DNA from: Candidatus Fervidifonticultor quintus
GTDB taxonomy: Bacteria > Sysuimicrobiota > Sysuimicrobiia > Sysuimicrobiales > Humicultoraceae
Length of the DNA stretch: 27,159 nucleotides
Direction of reading: 5' to 3'
Assembly: GCA_031459535.1 (NCBI GenBank)
Contig: JAVKIJ010000040.1
Location: 1-27,159 of the forward strand
This document shows positions 25,233 to 27,159 of this stretch, in pieces. Made by a program: the position numbers and the translations under genes. The notes under the pieces are model-generated. The model had not been told where the DNA came from. It searched no databases and saw only the letters and a list, made by a program, of their open reading frames with translations. Numbering within the stretch: position 1 is the first letter of the stretch; each line of letters begins with the position of its first letter.

Positions 25233-25907
25233 ATGCAGATTGTGCTCTCCGACCAGTTCAAGGCGGCGTTTCCCGCCGGGGTGTTCGGCGTGCTCATCTG
25301 CCGAGGGTGCCCGAACCGGCCGCGCGCCGCGGCGCTGGCAGGCAGCCGGCGCGCGGTCGAGACCGCGCTGCGGGAGCGGTTCGCCGCGCGGCCGATCGAG
25401 GCCGATCCCGTCGCCGGCGCGTACGCCGCCTACTTCAAACGGCACGGGCAGCGGTACCCGGTTGCCCACCAGGTGAGGACGGTGCTGGGCGGCCGCCCCA
25501 TCGAGAGCCGCTCGGCGCTGGTGGAGACCATGTTCACCGCGGAGCTCGACAGCCTGGTCCTGACGTCGGGGCACGATCTCTCGGCGCTGACTCCAGACCT
25601 GCTGGTGGATGTGGCGCGCCCCGGCGAGGCGTACCTCAAGATCAACGGCAAGGAGCGGGTGTTGACCCCGGGTGACATGGTGGTTCGCGATGCGGAGGGC
25701 GTCATCGCCTGCGTTCTCTACGGCCCGGACTTCCGCACCAGACTGCGCGATGATTCCCGCGACGCGCTGTTCGGCGCGTGGTGTCCGGTGGGCCTGGAGC
25801 CCGAGGTGGCCCGGGACCACCTCCGCAACCTGGCCGAGCTCGTGCGGCTCGAATGGCCGATGGCCCAGGTGGACGAGCCGCGCGCGCTGGCATCCGCGGC
25901 CGATTAG
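25233..25907 (+). CDS. Stand-alone B3/4 (PheRS beta editing-like) domain protein
   Basis: DPVAGAYAAYFK, LVETMF..EL...TSGHDL, GEAYLKING, GDMVVRDAEGVI, GPDFRT. Confidence 0.7.
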   Translation: MQIVLSDQFKAAFPAGVFGVLICRGCPNRPRAAALAGSRRAVETALRERFAARPIEADPVAGAYAAYFKRHGQRYPVAHQVRTVLGGRPIESRSALVETMFTAELDSLVLTSGHDLSALTPDLLVDVARPGEAYLKINGKERVLTPGDMVVRDAEGVIACVLYGPDFRTRLRDDSRDALFGAWCPVGLEPEVARDHLRNLAELVRLEWPMAQVDEPRALASAAD

Positions 25908-26593
25908 TACCTGAACGTCACCGTCACTTGCGCGGTCACGGTGACCAGGCCCGGTTCCACCGGCGTCGGAGCCGGTCCGGTGGCCACACGGATCTCCCGC
26001 GGCGTCACGGCGACGCCTTCCTCCACGATGCGCTCGATCCCGGCAATGCGCAGCCCAGCCGCCTGGGCGATCGCCTCGCCTTTCTCGCGTGCGTCGCGCA
26101 CAGCCCGGGCCAGGGCATCGATCCGCGCCCTGGTGGGGTCGCGCAGGCCGAACGAGATCCCCTGAACGGTACTGGCGCCGGCGGCGACCGCCGTGTCCAC
26201 AACCCGGCCGACCAGCGCCAGGTTCGTGAGCGTCACCGTCATCAGGGAGATGGCCCGGTACCCGACAGTCTGCGGCGGCGCCCCGTCCCGGGGCGTGGCA
26301 TGCACCGGGAAGACCTGGACGGTCGAGGTCCGGATCTCCTCCGGCCGTACCCCGAGCGCGCGCAGGCGCTCCAGCATGCCGGCGGCCGTGCGATTGACGT
26401 CCCCGATGGCCTCGGATGCGGTGGCCCGCTGAGCCTGGGCGCCCACCGTGACCGTCGCCGCATCGGGAGTGACCTCGGCCCGACCCTGGCCGGTGGTGAT
26501 GAGCTGGTTGCGGGCCGGCTCCGGCGCCTGGGCCGAGGCCGGAGCCATGGACAACGACAGGGCAAGCAAGCCTGCAATGACCGCCTTGAGCAC
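25904..26593 (-). CDS. SIMPL (DUF541) domain exported protein
   Basis: Signal peptide ending ASA-Q; ITTGQGRAEVTPDAATVTVG, GYRA, VDTAVAAGA, ALARAVRDAREK, EPG..TVTAQVTVTF; AGGAGG RBS. Confidence 0.88.
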   Translation of the reverse strand: MLKAVIAGLLALSLSMAPASAQAPEPARNQLITTGQGRAEVTPDAATVTVGAQAQRATASEAIGDVNRTAAGMLERLRALGVRPEEIRTSTVQVFPVHATPRDGAPPQTVGYRAISLMTVTLTNLALVGRVVDTAVAAGASTVQGISFGLRDPTRARIDALARAVRDAREKGEAIAQAAGLRIAGIERIVEEGVAVTPREIRVATGPAPTPVEPGLVTVTAQVTVTFRY

Positions 26594-26669
26594 GCCGCAC
26601 CTCCTGAGAGGTTGATCTCCTTCCAGTAACGCGGCGTCCAGTCGCCGAGTTCAGGGACAGCCGCCTGAT

Positions 26670-26678
26670 TGCTAGAAT
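26670..26678 (+). promoter_or_regulatory. Extended -10 promoter element for the GTPase gene
   Basis: TG-C-TAGAAT, 22 nt upstream of ATG 26701, in an otherwise GC-rich intergenic gap. Confidence 0.5.
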
Positions 26679-26700
26679 GGGCACGGGCACGGGACCAACG

Positions 26701-27159
26701 ATGCCAGCGAACCTGACGCCGGAGTACCTGGCCGCCGACAAGAAGTTCAGAGAAGCCGCCACGCCCGAGGCCAAGCTGGCGGCGCTCGAGGAGATGCTCC
26801 GCACCATCCCCAAGCACAAGGGGACGGAGAAGATGCAGGCTGACCTCAAGCGCCGTATCGCCAGGTTGCGCGACGAGCAGCAGCGGCGCAAGGGCGCCTC
26901 CCGGGCGCGGCCGTTCTACCACATCGAGCGCGAAGGCGCCGGGCAGGTTGTCCTGGTCGGCGGTCCCAATGTCGGGAAGTCGTCCCTGCTCGCTGCGCTG
27001 ACCAACGCCACCCCGCAGATCGCCGACTACCCCTTCACCACCCGCATCCCGGTGGCTGGGATGGCGGCCTTCGAGGACGTCCAGATTCAGCTCGTACACC
27101 TGCCGCCCGGGAGCGCCGAGTCTGCAGAGGGATGGCTGTTCGCCCTGATCCGGGCTGCC
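26701..27159 (+). CDS. DRG/OBG-family GTPase, N-terminal part (runs off window; absent from ORF track)
   Basis: Manual translation: MPANLTPEY...[27 protein letters not shown]...[19 protein letters not shown] (G1)...ADYPFTT (G2)...IQLVHLPP (G3 region). Confidence 0.88.
   Translation, partial: MPANLTPEYLAADKKFREAATPEAKLAALEEMLRTIPKHKGTEKMQADLKRRIARLRDEQQRRKGASRARPFYHIEREGAGQVVLVGGPNVGKSSLLAALTNATPQIADYPFTTRIPVAGMAAFEDVQIQLVHLPPGSAESAEGWLFALIRAA

Noticed and set aside
26679-26693. Short tandem repeat GGGCAC-GGGCAC-GGG before the GTPase start
   Set aside because: Only about 2.5 units of a GC-rich hexamer; expected by chance.
544-26891. Many long alternative-frame or antisense ORFs (e.g. 544..2004 +, 4233..5381 +, 5245..6564 -, 9849..11039 -, 14752..16491 +, 17178..18896 +, 21106..22353 -, 24879..26891 -)
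   Set aside because: They overlap well-supported genes, are Arg/Pro/Gly/Ala-rich without family motifs, and are the expected shadow ORFs of high-GC DNA.
26242-27099. 285-aa minus-strand ORF in the track
   Set aside because: It is the antisense shadow of the DRG-type GTPase and an off-frame overlap of the SIMPL gene.
1-27159. CRISPR arrays, tRNA/rRNA genes, transposases, integrases or known anti-phage systems
   Set aside because: No regularly spaced repeats, cloverleaf or rRNA signatures, or recognisable mobile/defence proteins were seen; nearly all sequence is accounted for by the listed genes.

Overview
A GC-rich, gene-dense bacterial chromosomal segment of metabolic and housekeeping genes. 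I saw no CRISPR array, tRNA/rRNA, transposase or prophage. In order: two tandem M20 metallo-hydrolase paralogues (the first truncated by the window edge); pncB-corA (-); a peroxiredoxin; dinB (-); SDR-tenA; a TPP riboswitch heading a dual-precursor thiamine salvage operon (cytX-thiW-thiM-thiE-thiL-thiD); a Liv-type ABC transporter with gabT (-), preceded by an unexplained ~165-nt strongly base-paired non-coding element; an AlkZ-related gene (-); a co-oriented cluster of an M16 protease pair, npdG, cofE, a P-loop kinase/N-glycosidase-like fusion and a stand-alone B3/4 protein; a SIMPL gene (-); and the start of a DRG-type GTPase missing from the ORF track. The best novelty candidates are the kinase/N-glycosidase fusion with its F420-linked cluster, and the structured element at 18668-18831. 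All product calls come from motif recognition by eye, not database searches.
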